From: Pseudomonadota bacterium
GTDB taxonomy: Bacteria > Bdellovibrionota_B > Oligoflexia > Oligoflexales > CAIYRB01
DNA length: 56,237 nucleotides
Reading direction: 5' to 3'
NCBI GenBank assembly: GCA_031416315.1
Contig: JANOTL010000160.1
Coordinates: 1 to 56,237, forward strand
Below the pieces are notes generated by a model. It was given only the letters and a program-made list of their open reading frames with translations. It did no database searches and was not told the DNA's origin. Of this stretch, positions 19,401 through 28,475 are shown in pieces (positions within the stretch are counted from its first letter, which is position 1; each line of letters starts with the position of its first letter). The position numbers and the translations under genes were made by a program.

Positions 19401-22400
19401 CGTGGGAGAGACGAGGTCTACGAGCGCCTCGTCGCCTCGACGATCTTCACGACCGAGCTCGCGGGGCCGATGCTCGCCGCGAGGCGGTATTTCGGTCTGG
19501 CGCCGAACGCGCCGCTCTCTTGGGCGAATTTCCTGGTGCGCCGCGGTCAAGCCGAGGTGCGCGCGGCCCTCGAGGGCTCGAGTCGGGTCTTCTTGAACAA
19601 CGTCAACTCGCCGCAAGAGTGCATCATCGGCGGCGACGCGAGTGAGGCGCGTGCCGTGCTGCGCAAGCTCGGGCACGCCGAGTTCGAGTTGCCGCGCATT
19701 CCGGCGCTGCATTGCCCGGTGGTGCGCGAGATCGAGGACGAGTTCCAGAGCTTTCACGAATTTCCGCTGACGGCGCCTGCCGGCGTCACCTTCTACGGAG
19801 GCGCGCAGGGCGAGCCGATCCCGCTTTCGAGTCGGGGTGCGGCCGAGGCGATCCTCGCGCATGCGTGGCACGGGGTGGATTTTCCCAAGATGATCGAGCG
19901 CGCATATGCCGACGGCGTGCGCGTCTTCCTCGAGATGGGACCGGGGGCCGGACTGACGCGCCTCGTGCGCGAGATCCTCGGCTCGCGACCGTTCGTCGCC
20001 GCGAGCGTATGCCCGCGGGAGGGGCAGGAGCGTGCGGGACTTTTCGGCGCGCTCGCGTTGGCGTTTGTGCACGGACGCTCCTTGCGGGTCGACCGTGGGC
20101 TCCTGGTCGCGGCGGAGAGGCCGGTGGCGAGGGCGGGGGTTACGGTGCGGTTTGGAGCTCAGGCGGGGGGTAAGTTCGTGGCGGTGGCGGGGCCGGAAAA
20201 AGCCGAACGGGTGGATGCGATGACCGATCAGATTGTCGAGGCGGTGGTGGCGGCGCGGGCGGCTACGGCGGCGGCGCATTCCAGCTTTTTGGCGTCGACG
20301 CGGGAGATGGTGGGGGCAGTGGGGGTGGCTTTGAAGTCGAGCGCGAGCGCGACGACGTCCACGCCTACGTCTTCGTCTGCGACTGAGTTTCCGGTCGGGA
20401 TTCCCGTTTGGGACCTGACGAACCGTCCGCCCTTTAACCCCGACCCGGCCTGGCTCGACTTCTCGGCGTGCCAAACGCTCGCGCGCGGGCGCCTCGGCGA
20501 CGTGCTCGGCCCCGATTTCGCCGCGGTCGACGCGTTTCCCGTGCGCGTGCGCTTGCCCGACGGGCCGCTCCTCCTTTGCCACCGCATCATGAGCGTGGAG
20601 GCGGTGCCGCGCTCGCTCGGCTCGGGAACTTTGATCACCGAGCACGACGTTCACGCCGACGCCTGGTACCTCGACGATGGCCGAATTCCGACGTGCGTCG
20701 CCGTCGAGGCCGGGCAGGCGGATCTCTTCCTCTCCGCTTACCTCGGCATCGATTTCAAGACGGAGGGCCGCGCCGTTTACCGCCTGCTCGACGCGGTCGT
20801 CACCTTCCACGACCGCTTGCCGACGCCGGGCACGACCATCCGTTACGAGATTAAGGTCCACTCCTTCTTCGACCAGGGCGAGACGACGCTCTTTCGCTTC
20901 TCGTTCGAGGCCAAGGTCTCTGGGAAAAAGCTGATCACGATGGAGCAAGGCTGCGCCGGATTCTTCACTGCCGCTGAGCTAGCCGCGGGGCGTGGCATCG
21001 TGAAGACCAGTCTCGATCTGCGGCCGGTACCCGGAAAAGTGACGGGCGACTATGCGCCGCTCGTCTCGATGGCTCATGAGCGCTACGACGATTCCCAGCT
21101 CGACGCGCTGCGCCGCGGCGACTACGTCGCGTGCTTCGGCGAAGCTTTCGCCGCGCTCGCGCTGGAGACGCCGAAAACGGTGCCGGACGGCATGTTGCGC
21201 CTCGTTCACCGCATCCTAGAGCTCGATCCTCAAGGCGGTCGCTACGGCCTCGGCATGATCCGCGGCGAGGCCGACATCCGACCCGACGATTGGTTCCTCA
21301 CCTGCCATTTCGTCGATGATCAAGTGATGCCGGGCACCTTGATGTACGAATGCTGCAATCACACGATGCGCATCCTTCTGATGCGCGCGGGCTGGGTGGG
21401 CGAGGCTTGCGACTTGCCGTGCGAGCCGCTCGAAGGCGTGGCGAGTCGCTTGAAATGCCGCGGCCAGGTGCTCGCCGGCACGCAGAAAGTGGAGTACCGC
21501 ATCGAGATCAAAGAGATTGGCTACGGCCCCGACGCCTATGCGATCGCCGACGCCTTGATGTACGCCGACGGCAAGCCGATCGTCGAGATTCTCGACATGT
21601 CGCTTTGCCATCGCGGTCTCACCAAGGAGCGGGCCGCGGCCGTTTGGCGCAAGGTCGCGCCGAAGCCTGCGCTCTACGACAAAGACCGGATCCTCGCGTT
21701 CTCGAGCGGCAATCCGTCCGAGGCTTTCGGCGAGCCCTACCGGATCTTCGACACGCCGCGCGGCGCCCAGCGCAAGATCGCGCGCTTGCCGCGTCCGCCT
21801 TATCAATTCCTGGACCGGATCACGGAGACCGCCGCCGAGCCGTGGAAGCTCGAGGCCGGCGGCCGCATCGAGGCGCAGTACGACGTCCCGCCCGACGCCT
21901 GGTATTTCGCCGCTTCCGGCGCGGCGGCTTCAATGCCGTTCGCGATCCTCCTCGAGATCGCGTTGCAACCGTGCGGCTGGTACTCGGCCTACATGGGCTC
22001 GGCGCTGGCGAGCCCCGTCGACCTCTCCTATCGCAACCTCGGCGGCAAGGGCGTCCAGCATCGCGCCGTCACGCCGGAGACGGGAACGCTGACGACTTCG
22101 GTCGATGCGTCGAAGGTGTCGCACTCCGCCGGGATGATCATCCAGAGCTTCGCGTTTCGCGTGACGGCCGCGGCCGGTCTCGTCTACGAGGGTGAGACGA
22201 TGTTCGGCTTTTTCACGAAGGACGCGCTCGCCCAGCAAGTAGGCCTGCGCGGGGTCACCGCGCCTGCGTCGCTCGACGTGCCCGCCGTCGCGCCCTATCC
22301 CGATCGCCCGCAGCTGCCGCGCGCGCCGATGCTCATGGTGGACGAGATCGTGGCCTTCTCGGCGGAACGGCTGCACGGCAGAAAGCGCGTCGATCCCGCG

Positions 22401-22718
22401 GAATGGTTCTTCGAGGCGCATTTCTTCGAGGATCCGGTGATGCCGGGCTCGCTCGGCCTCGAGGCGTTCCTCCAGCTCCTGATGCTCGCGGCGGCCGAGC
22501 TATGGCCCGACGCCCGAGGCTTCCAGGCGGTGGCCCCCGGCGCCGAGCACTCGTGGACCTACCGCGGCCAAGTGATCCCGCGGAACGGCCGGACCGACGT
22601 CCTGGCCGAGGTGACGGCCGTAGATCATGCGGCGCGCCGTCTCACGGGATCGGGCACCCTCCTCGTCGACGGGCTGCCGATTTATGCGATGGAAGGCTTC
22701 GCCATCACGGCGCTTTGA
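16446..22718 (+). CDS. pfaC: PfaBC-type PUFA synthase subunit: KS-CLF-AT-FabA-like DH domains
   Basis: KS: DAACAST, EAHATGTPLGD, GHLLTAAG. A Cys-less second KS-like (CLF) segment. AT: GYSLGE. FabA-like dehydratases WFLTCHFVDDQVMPGTLM and WFFEAHFFEDPVMPGSLG. ATGA overlap with pfaA. No C-terminal acyltransferase domain. Confidence 0.92.
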   Translation: MSSAAPRIAIVGMALRFAGASEPEAFARLVEGGVDASSGVPDGRWPLAPEAVVTAGALGIPGRVPAARGYFLRPEASDCADLRGLGLDPLFGLTLAVGREAYASCRNADLDLRRVGLILGNLALPTTASSQLAQELVGAAFLERAHGLAPLDALGVAPANAAVAGLPTLLLARKLGLGGTCFALDAACASTLYALRFAMRELSSGRADAMIAGGVSRPDPFYTQMGFAQLRALAPDGVSRPFDERAGGLVVGEGAGMFVLKRLDDALREGDRILGLITGAGVSNDLDSGMMAPSSEGQLRALRDAYLEAGWDPRDVDFIEAHATGTPLGDQVEVESLKSLWREAGGAIGKHVPLGSVKANVGHLLTAAGASSLAKALLAIERKTVAPTANFTAPAARLALEDGPFEILREPRQLEKRGPLRAAISGFGFGGINAHLLIEEWCGQTERAPARKAPAPREVAIVGVGASTGRFESFANLATARAVPPPPWMGLEETRTFANLIGTLAPALAVHELELDAAALRLPPAELQDLNPQQLLALAAATEAARAGGLTPGGRQPRAGVYLGMALDGATNHFSCRFAHGDAASFVPEMTATRVMGNLASVAASRIARAFGLGGLGIAVAAEAESGLRALGLAVEAIRRGELDLAMAGGVDCAAQYLNAQARRLGRGGEAKTTEDVAVMLVLKDLAGALRDGDRVLGVIGVDVGEDADARVGPAVRLDEDFEHGAATGLLSIARAVSMLSTALLPHGDYWLRDRIAGPRELCLSGFRLREGPGQHPHFAAPSLARQALFLVAAATRPKLVLAVESLFATLEASPLAAWPRLAADTWEDATLAAATGGTRWRAAFHWSGDPDAVASWRAASSAGRVSDEACGFWLADGADDPPRLAFLFPGAGSHYQQMGRELASAFPALMERQDRESARLRSQWSPESFWKDGAAQPEMVEALGGPCALAALVVDTLAALGVAPDATIGYSLGESAALLAMRAWRGRDEVYERLVASTIFTTELAGPMLAARRYFGLAPNAPLSWANFLVRRGQAEVRAALEGSSRVFLNNVNSPQECIIGGDASEARAVLRKLGHAEFELPRIPALHCPVVREIEDEFQSFHEFPLTAPAGVTFYGGAQGEPIPLSSRGAAEAILAHAWHGVDFPKMIERAYADGVRVFLEMGPGAGLTRLVREILGSRPFVAASVCPREGQERAGLFGALALAFVHGRSLRVDRGLLVAAERPVARAGVTVRFGAQAGGKFVAVAGPEKAERVDAMTDQIVEAVVAARAATAAAHSSFLASTREMVGAVGVALKSSASATTSTPTSSSATEFPVGIPVWDLTNRPPFNPDPAWLDFSACQTLARGRLGDVLGPDFAAVDAFPVRVRLPDGPLLLCHRIMSVEAVPRSLGSGTLITEHDVHADAWYLDDGRIPTCVAVEAGQADLFLSAYLGIDFKTEGRAVYRLLDAVVTFHDRLPTPGTTIRYEIKVHSFFDQGETTLFRFSFEAKVSGKKLITMEQGCAGFFTAAELAAGRGIVKTSLDLRPVPGKVTGDYAPLVSMAHERYDDSQLDALRRGDYVACFGEAFAALALETPKTVPDGMLRLVHRILELDPQGGRYGLGMIRGEADIRPDDWFLTCHFVDDQVMPGTLMYECCNHTMRILLMRAGWVGEACDLPCEPLEGVASRLKCRGQVLAGTQKVEYRIEIKEIGYGPDAYAIADALMYADGKPIVEILDMSLCHRGLTKERAAAVWRKVAPKPALYDKDRILAFSSGNPSEAFGEPYRIFDTPRGAQRKIARLPRPPYQFLDRITETAAEPWKLEAGGRIEAQYDVPPDAWYFAASGAAASMPFAILLEIALQPCGWYSAYMGSALASPVDLSYRNLGGKGVQHRAVTPETGTLTTSVDASKVSHSAGMIIQSFAFRVTAAAGLVYEGETMFGFFTKDALAQQVGLRGVTAPASLDVPAVAPYPDRPQLPRAPMLMVDEIVAFSAERLHGRKRVDPAEWFFEAHFFEDPVMPGSLGLEAFLQLLMLAAAELWPDARGFQAVAPGAEHSWTYRGQVIPRNGRTDVLAEVTAVDHAARRLTGSGTLLVDGLPIYAMEGFAITAL

Positions 22719-22805
22719 GCCGAAGCTGGCGGAAATGCCGAACGGCCTTGCTACCAAGGCTCAGCCGCCGTTGCTATCATCGAGGGAGAGAGAACTCCCG
22801 CCTCC

Positions 22806-24836
22806 ATGAATGCTCCCCCTGAAATGAAGCCTGCTCCCGAAGCGCCGGCCCTCGATGGCGAGGCGTCTTCGATGCGCGCGGTGTTTCCGGACCGCGCCTA
22901 CCCCTGGCGGGTGGTGAAGCGCCATGCGCTCGCCTCTCTCTTGCTCGCGGCGCTCGTCCTGCCGCTCGGTCTGGTCAAGATCGCGGGACAACCCGAGCGC
23001 TTTCCCTCCTGGATCGGCGTCGTCTTCGACCCGCGCGACGGCAACGACTCCTTCCGCGATTATCCGCGCTTCAAGCAGCTGGCGGAGAGCCTGCGCCGGG
23101 TCGCGACCGAGCCGGTGCTGAAGCCGATCGTCGCCGCCAACATGCCGCGCGGGGTGGAGCTCGTGCCGGAGTCGAGCCTCGTTCAGCAGTTGAGGGCGCG
23201 CATCGAGACGGCCGTGGGCCTGCCGCCGCCGCCGCCCTTGACCCCCGAGCGCTTGCGCGAGCAGCGCATCGACCGGAAGGTCGAGGAGATCAGCAACAGC
23301 GTCGCCGTCACGGTCGACGAGCCGACCCTGACGCTCTCGCTCCGCGTTTCGGCGAGCTCGCCCGAAGAGGCGCAGGCCTGGGCCGATCGGATCATGGACG
23401 CGTGGATCAAGCTCGAGCTGAAGGTCGACGCCGACCGCCTCGGCTCGCAGCAGGATACCTACCGCAAAATCCTCGACGAGGAAGTCGAGAAGACCAAGGT
23501 CGCCACCGGCGACACGCCGGAAGAAGAGCGCTCGAAGCGAGACGCGAGCCTGAAGGTCGCGAGCTTGCAAGAGCGCGAGACCGAGCTCATGGGTCAAATC
23601 CAGGACCGCCGCTCCGCCAGCTCCGAGGCCAGCGCGTCGACCTCGCGGCGCCGTGCCGAGATCGAATCCGAGCTTTCACGCCGCCGCACGACGCTGAGCC
23701 CTTCGCACCCCGACGTCATCGCGAAAGAGGCAGAGCTCCGCGATTTCGAGCGCAGCTCCGGGGGCGGCGGCACGCGAGGCCAGCTGCGTCGCTTGGCCGA
23801 CGAGCTGGGCGAGGTCCGGACGCAGCTGAGGGCCGCGGGCGCGACGACGCGCGAGGACTCGCCAAACGCCAGCTATGCGACAAGCCTCACCGAGCGGCTC
23901 AACTGGCTGATGGCCGAGCGGCTCAACCTCGAGCGGCAGATTCAGGACCCGATCCGCCGCACGCGCCTGAGGGTCGTCGAAGGGCCGACGATCGCGACCT
24001 TGCCGGAGAAATCGCGTTTCGCGATCGCCGCGACCTTCGTCGTCTTCTCCCTCCTCGTCATCGGCGTGCTCGCCGCGACGCGCGAATTCTTCTCCGACCG
24101 CGCGCGCGACGCCTGGCGCGTGGCGATGGCCGTCGGCCGCCCGCCGCTGGCGGTCCTTGAGCGCCGTTACTTGCGGAAGTTCCCCGAGATCTCGCCGCAG
24201 ACCGCCGAGCATTTGCGCCGCGCCGGCTCCGCGCCCCATGCCGAGCGCACTCCCGCGGGCAGAGTGCTCAACGCGTACCGCGAGCTGATCGTCAATCTAA
24301 AGAAAGAGTGCCGCGGCCGCCGCATCCTCTTCGTGAGCGTCGGCGACAAGCCGGAGCTGCAAGGCTTCTACTACAGTCTCGCGAACCTTTTCGCCTCCGA
24401 CACCGGCGACAGCCTCGTCTTGCTCGACTTCGACGCCGAGCATCCGGTCGCGAGCCTGCCGCAGGCGACGTCGCGCGGCGACGTGTTGACGCTCCTCACC
24501 GGCGAGACCTCCTGGCAAGACACGCGCATCGCCCGCTCCTCCGACAAGAGCTTCGACCACGTCCCGCCGCCGGCGCCGCACTCCGAGCGCCATGCGCAGG
24601 CGTTCCGGTCCGTCTCGGTGCGCCGTCTTTTCGACGCCTTGGACAAAGCCTACCGCGCGACCTTCGTCCGCGGTCCACGCTGCGACCACATCCTCGAGAA
24701 CGGCGTGCTCGGCGACGCCGCGACCGACATCGTCTTCTGCATCGCCGCGGAGGATGCGCGGCTGGCGAGCCTGAAGCGCGCGCTGAAATTCTCGGATCTC
24801 AGCAAGGTGCGCGGTTTCGTGCTCGTCGGCGCCTAG
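22806..24836 (+). CDS. Polysaccharide co-polymerase (Wzc/GumC-like) with a degenerate C-terminal BY-kinase-like domain
   Basis: N-terminal TM, a SASSPEEAQAWAD motif, coiled coil with SPSHPDV, LRVVEGPT before a second TM, then YRELIVNL...ILFVS...LVLLDFD as kinase-fold remnants. Confidence 0.75.
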   Translation: MNAPPEMKPAPEAPALDGEASSMRAVFPDRAYPWRVVKRHALASLLLAALVLPLGLVKIAGQPERFPSWIGVVFDPRDGNDSFRDYPRFKQLAESLRRVATEPVLKPIVAANMPRGVELVPESSLVQQLRARIETAVGLPPPPPLTPERLREQRIDRKVEEISNSVAVTVDEPTLTLSLRVSASSPEEAQAWADRIMDAWIKLELKVDADRLGSQQDTYRKILDEEVEKTKVATGDTPEEERSKRDASLKVASLQERETELMGQIQDRRSASSEASASTSRRRAEIESELSRRRTTLSPSHPDVIAKEAELRDFERSSGGGGTRGQLRRLADELGEVRTQLRAAGATTREDSPNASYATSLTERLNWLMAERLNLERQIQDPIRRTRLRVVEGPTIATLPEKSRFAIAATFVVFSLLVIGVLAATREFFSDRARDAWRVAMAVGRPPLAVLERRYLRKFPEISPQTAEHLRRAGSAPHAERTPAGRVLNAYRELIVNLKKECRGRRILFVSVGDKPELQGFYYSLANLFASDTGDSLVLLDFDAEHPVASLPQATSRGDVLTLLTGETSWQDTRIARSSDKSFDHVPPPAPHSERHAQAFRSVSVRRLFDALDKAYRATFVRGPRCDHILENGVLGDAATDIVFCIAAEDARLASLKRALKFSDLSKVRGFVLVGA

Positions 24837-25018
24837 ACGCGCGGATCCATCAAGCTCGGGAAGCGCGCGAACACGAGCCCCATCGCGAGATGAAACGCAA
24901 AGAGGTAGCAAAAGACGGCGCCGACGAGACGGCGTGTCAGCGGCTTTTCTCGGACGCCGAGGAGCATGCCGAGGGCGATGAAGTGGAACGCGAAGCTGGC
25001 TGCGACGAAAGTCAGCAT
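24833..25018 (-). CDS. Small two-TM membrane protein (61 aa)
   Basis: MLTFVAASFAFHFIALGMLLGV...LVGAVFCYLFAFHLAMGLVF. The ATG overlaps the stop of the upstream ligase-family gene. Its stop overlaps the convergent Wzc-like stop in a shared CTAG. Confidence 0.55.
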   Translation of the reverse strand: MLTFVAASFAFHFIALGMLLGVREKPLTRRLVGAVFCYLFAFHLAMGLVFARFPSLMDPRV

Positions 25019-26535
25019 GCGGCCTTGGTCTCCACGAGCTCGAGCATGCGCACCGTGGCGCCGATCATCACGCCGACGAGACCGATGAGGCGCACTTCGA
25101 TCAGGCCGAGGTCGCCGTACACCCATACGAGCCAACGCACGACGCATGTGAAAGTGACGACGCCCAAGGTCGCGGCCCACGGCGATTCGAGCTTGCGAGC
25201 CAGGCGAACGCTGACGGCGAGCGCCATCACGGCGAGCGTGCCGAGGCCGGCGATGCCCAAAGGCCCTGCGAAGGCCCAAGTCGCGAAGAGCTGGTTGTGC
25301 GGGATCGAGTCCCAGAAGGGGAACCACATGCTGATGTCGGCCATCGGCGCCGTTTTCGGGAACTTCGAGCCGAGGCCCATGCCGAGGAAAGGGTCGAGGC
25401 CGAGGCCCGTCACCAAGTTGAAGTTCTCGAGCTCGCGGTAGTCGAAAGCGTAGATCCCGCCGAGCTCGCTCGGCTTCGGGAAGAGGACGGAGTCGAAAGT
25501 CGAGGCGACGAAATTCAGGGGCGGCGGCGCGTTCCAGGTGAGCAGGACGAAGCCGACGCCGGCGAGCGCGGCCGCGCCGAGCCAAGCCAGATGCCGCAGC
25601 CGCAGGAGGTGGTACCAGATCACAGGGAGGAGGACGATCGTGAGCAAGACGCCGAAGAGCGAGCTCCGGCGATCGTTCAGGATCCACGGCAGGCCGATGA
25701 CGGCGACCCCCGCGAGCGCGGCCCAAATCGGCAGGCGCCCGCGCAGGTGACGCACCCAGACGGCGACGATGATGGTCATCGCCGTCGCCATGTAGTCGGA
25801 GGTCCAATGCTCCATCAAGTATTCGTAGCCGCGGAGGTTCTGGTTCAGCACGCCGTAATAGAGGTAGAGAGCCTCGGCGCTTTTCCCCAGCATGCAGGCA
25901 ACGACGACGCCGAACAGGAGCTTGATGTCACGCACGCCACGAAGGCTCGCGTAGCCGAGGTAGATCGCAAACGGGTAGATGAAGATGTAGCGGAAGAGCG
26001 TGATCGCGGTCTCGATGTTCCGGCCCTTCAGGATGCCGACGAGGACGGCGATGCTTTCGACGGCGGGCACCAGGAGCGCCAGGATCAGCATCACCTGGAA
26101 GTGCCGGCTGACGCGCCATAACTTCCAGTCGAGATGCCCGCGCTTGAACGCGACCCAGGCCGCAAAGCCCAGGAAAAAGGCGTCCTGGATGCGGAACGGC
26201 AGGCCGATCAGCCGCTTGATGAAATACGGCGAGTTCAGGTAGTGGCCGAGTACCTTGAACGGCGTGGCGAGGCCGATCCAGCCGTCCTCGCCCTCGGAGA
26301 TCAATGAGAGGCCGAGAAAGACGACCAGGACCGGCCACTGTGGCGACTTGGCGATCACGCCGAGGAGGAGCGGGAGGGCGATGACGAGAAGGGGCGTCAA
26401 GCCTAGGAAGAAATCGCCCTCGACGCGCACGATCTCCCGCGTCGCGAGGAGCGCGGAGGCGGCCATCGCGAGGCCAACGGCCGCCTGCTTCGAGAGCTGC
26501 GCCCACTTCGTGCCGCGCCCCGCGCTCGAGCTCAC
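25012..26535 (-). CDS. O-antigen ligase / Wzy polymerase family membrane protein
   Basis: Many TM segments, NDRRSS, YRELEN...PFLGMGLG, and PHNQLF...GPLG, typical of the Wzy_C domain. Confidence 0.8.
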   Translation of the reverse strand: MSSSAGRGTKWAQLSKQAAVGLAMAASALLATREIVRVEGDFFLGLTPLLVIALPLLLGVIAKSPQWPVLVVFLGLSLISEGEDGWIGLATPFKVLGHYLNSPYFIKRLIGLPFRIQDAFFLGFAAWVAFKRGHLDWKLWRVSRHFQVMLILALLVPAVESIAVLVGILKGRNIETAITLFRYIFIYPFAIYLGYASLRGVRDIKLLFGVVVACMLGKSAEALYLYYGVLNQNLRGYEYLMEHWTSDYMATAMTIIVAVWVRHLRGRLPIWAALAGVAVIGLPWILNDRRSSLFGVLLTIVLLPVIWYHLLRLRHLAWLGAAALAGVGFVLLTWNAPPPLNFVASTFDSVLFPKPSELGGIYAFDYRELENFNLVTGLGLDPFLGMGLGSKFPKTAPMADISMWFPFWDSIPHNQLFATWAFAGPLGIAGLGTLAVMALAVSVRLARKLESPWAATLGVVTFTCVVRWLVWVYGDLGLIEVRLIGLVGVMIGATVRMLELVETKAAC

Positions 26536-28429
26536 GGCGTGAGCTCCACCAAGGTCATGCTGGCGGGCGGCAAGCTCACGGAAAGGCTCGTGACGCGGCC
26601 GTCGAGGCTCGGCGCCTCGATCTTCGTCTTCGCCAGGCCAGTCGTGTCGAGGACGAACTGACGGGCGTTGCTCAAGCCGGCGTCAAGCGCGAGGCGTTTG
26701 GTGCGCGGCAGGGGGCTCTTGTTCAGAAGGTAGACGAGCACGCGTTTCTCGACGCCGATGGCGTAGCTCAGGACCGGATCGCGCTCGGGCTTCACGCCCT
26801 TCGGCTCCTCGACGCGGAGACTTTGGCCCGAGCGCGCATTCGCGCCCTGGCCGTCGTAGTCGAGGAAGAGGCGGAAGGCGCCTTCGTACAGGCCGCCGCT
26901 CTTGATCTCGCCCCAAGTGGTCGCGAGGTCGACGCCGTCGCGGCCGAAGACCAGGAGGGCTTCGGCCTGAGCCAAGGTCGACGAGAGACTGTCGTTCTCG
27001 TAGCCGAAGCGGTACTCGGTGACGGCGAGCTTCGTGCCGGGGCACTCGGCCGCGATCCAGCCGCGCAGGCGCGGAATGAGCTGCACGGCGTCGCGGATCC
27101 AGGAAGGATCCTGGAAGCCGGCGTCGTAAAGCGCGCGGACGCGCTCCAAGCGGTCGCGCGCGACCGGGGCCGTCTCGGCACGCAGGTCGAGATCCTCGGG
27201 GTAGTAGTGGACGTCGAGATAGTCGACGAGGCGCAAGCCCGTCTTCTTCTCGTGCGCGCAAATTTGCCGCAGATACCACTGCAGGAACGGAAGGCCTTCG
27301 TGGCTCGTGCGGTCGCCGCCGGTTTTGCAGTCGCCGTCGGCGTCGTAGATGTCCTCGCCGCTGCCGAAGTAGCCGCACCAGGTGCCGACGACGGGACCGG
27401 TGATTTGCAGCGCCGGATCGGCTTTTTTCAGGGCGGTGGCGTAGGCAACGGTGCGGCCCCAGAGCTCGTCCCTGCCGACGGCCACGGTTTTCAGCTGCGC
27501 ATCGCCCTGGCGCAGATCCCGGTGCGTCGAGGACCAAAGGTCGGGCTCGTTGTCCAAGGCGAAAAAGCGCATGCCGCCGTTGGCCGCGGTCTTGCCCCCG
27601 AGGATCTCCCGCATGTGCGCCAGCCAGGCGACGTGCCAGTCGGGACTGATGCGCATCGAGGTGTCTTCCGGGTCGTTGCCGGTCAAGGTCTCGCCCGAGG
27701 GTTTGAGGCCGTTGCCGGCGTCGGTGTCGTAGGGCTCGGTCTTCTGCTGCGCTCCGTACTTCTTGACCGAGAAGGCCCAGCGTTTTTCGCCGTCCTTCGG
27801 GATCCAGCCGAGCATCGGCAAGGTAAACAAGACGTCGCGGCCCGCGCTCTTGTTGGCGAGGATCACGTGGTCGGCGATGCTCACGGGCTTGCCGGAGCGT
27901 TGGTATTTGCCGCTAGGGATGTTGATGAAGAACAGTCGGCGCCGCGGTTGGCGATGTTCGCGCGCCAGTTGTATCGGGAGGTGTGGTTGCCGCCCCAGCG
28001 GACGATCGGGTAGGCGAGCTCGGTCGTGTGGGTCTCGGCGTTCTCGGCGTGGAAGTTGGCGCCGTAAATTAGGTCGGAGATCGGACGCGCCGGCTTTTGG
28101 GTGTGGACGGTGAAATCGGCGGCCGGTAGGGCTCCCGCTTCGGCGGGGGCCGGGTCGGGCGCCGGCGTCGCCGCGGGCGCGGCGGCATGCGCCGGCGTCG
28201 GCACGGGCGCCGCGGTCGCGGCCGCCGTGTTCATCCGCGGAGCGGTCTCTACCGTTCCCGCCGCCACCTGCGCCGACGCGGACACTGGCACCGCCTCGTA
28301 CCGCGTCGATTCGAAGCCCGATCGCGTCGCGCCGGGAAAAAGCGTCGTCCCCAGCCAATACGATCCGGTTGCTGCCCCGGCGATCAGCGTTATACCCTTA
28401 ATGAGCTTGGCAAAATCACCTAGCGCCAT
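26532..28429 (-). pseudogene. Glycoside hydrolase family 44 (endoglucanase-like), split by a 1-nt deletion near 27933
   Basis: The N-terminal frame gives ISDLIYGAN...RWGGNHTSRYNW...NRGAD. The second frame continues FFINIP...TLPMLGW...LDNEP...DVHYYP...TEY. The junction reads GAC TG TTC TTC, so one G restores D-W-F-F. GGAG RBS precedes the ATG at 28429. Confidence 0.8.
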
Positions 28430-28475
28430 GACGTCTCCGTGCCTCCATGATAGCACGCCCGAGGGAAGCGGACCG

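Noticed and set aside
10162..20948. Large antisense and alternative-frame ORFs within pfaA and pfaBC (e.g. 10162..12459, 11472..13553, 18675..20948)
   Set aside because: Expected stop-poor shadows in high-GC coding DNA; no recognisable motifs.
27925..27945. Programmed ribosomal frameshift in GH44
   Set aside because: No slippery heptamer or homopolymer, and the join needs a missing base in a conserved Trp codon.
28101..28475. N-terminal extension of the SGNH ORF overlapping GH44 in antisense
   Set aside because: It is the antisense of the Ala/Pro linker of GH44. A better start with an RBS lies at 28476.
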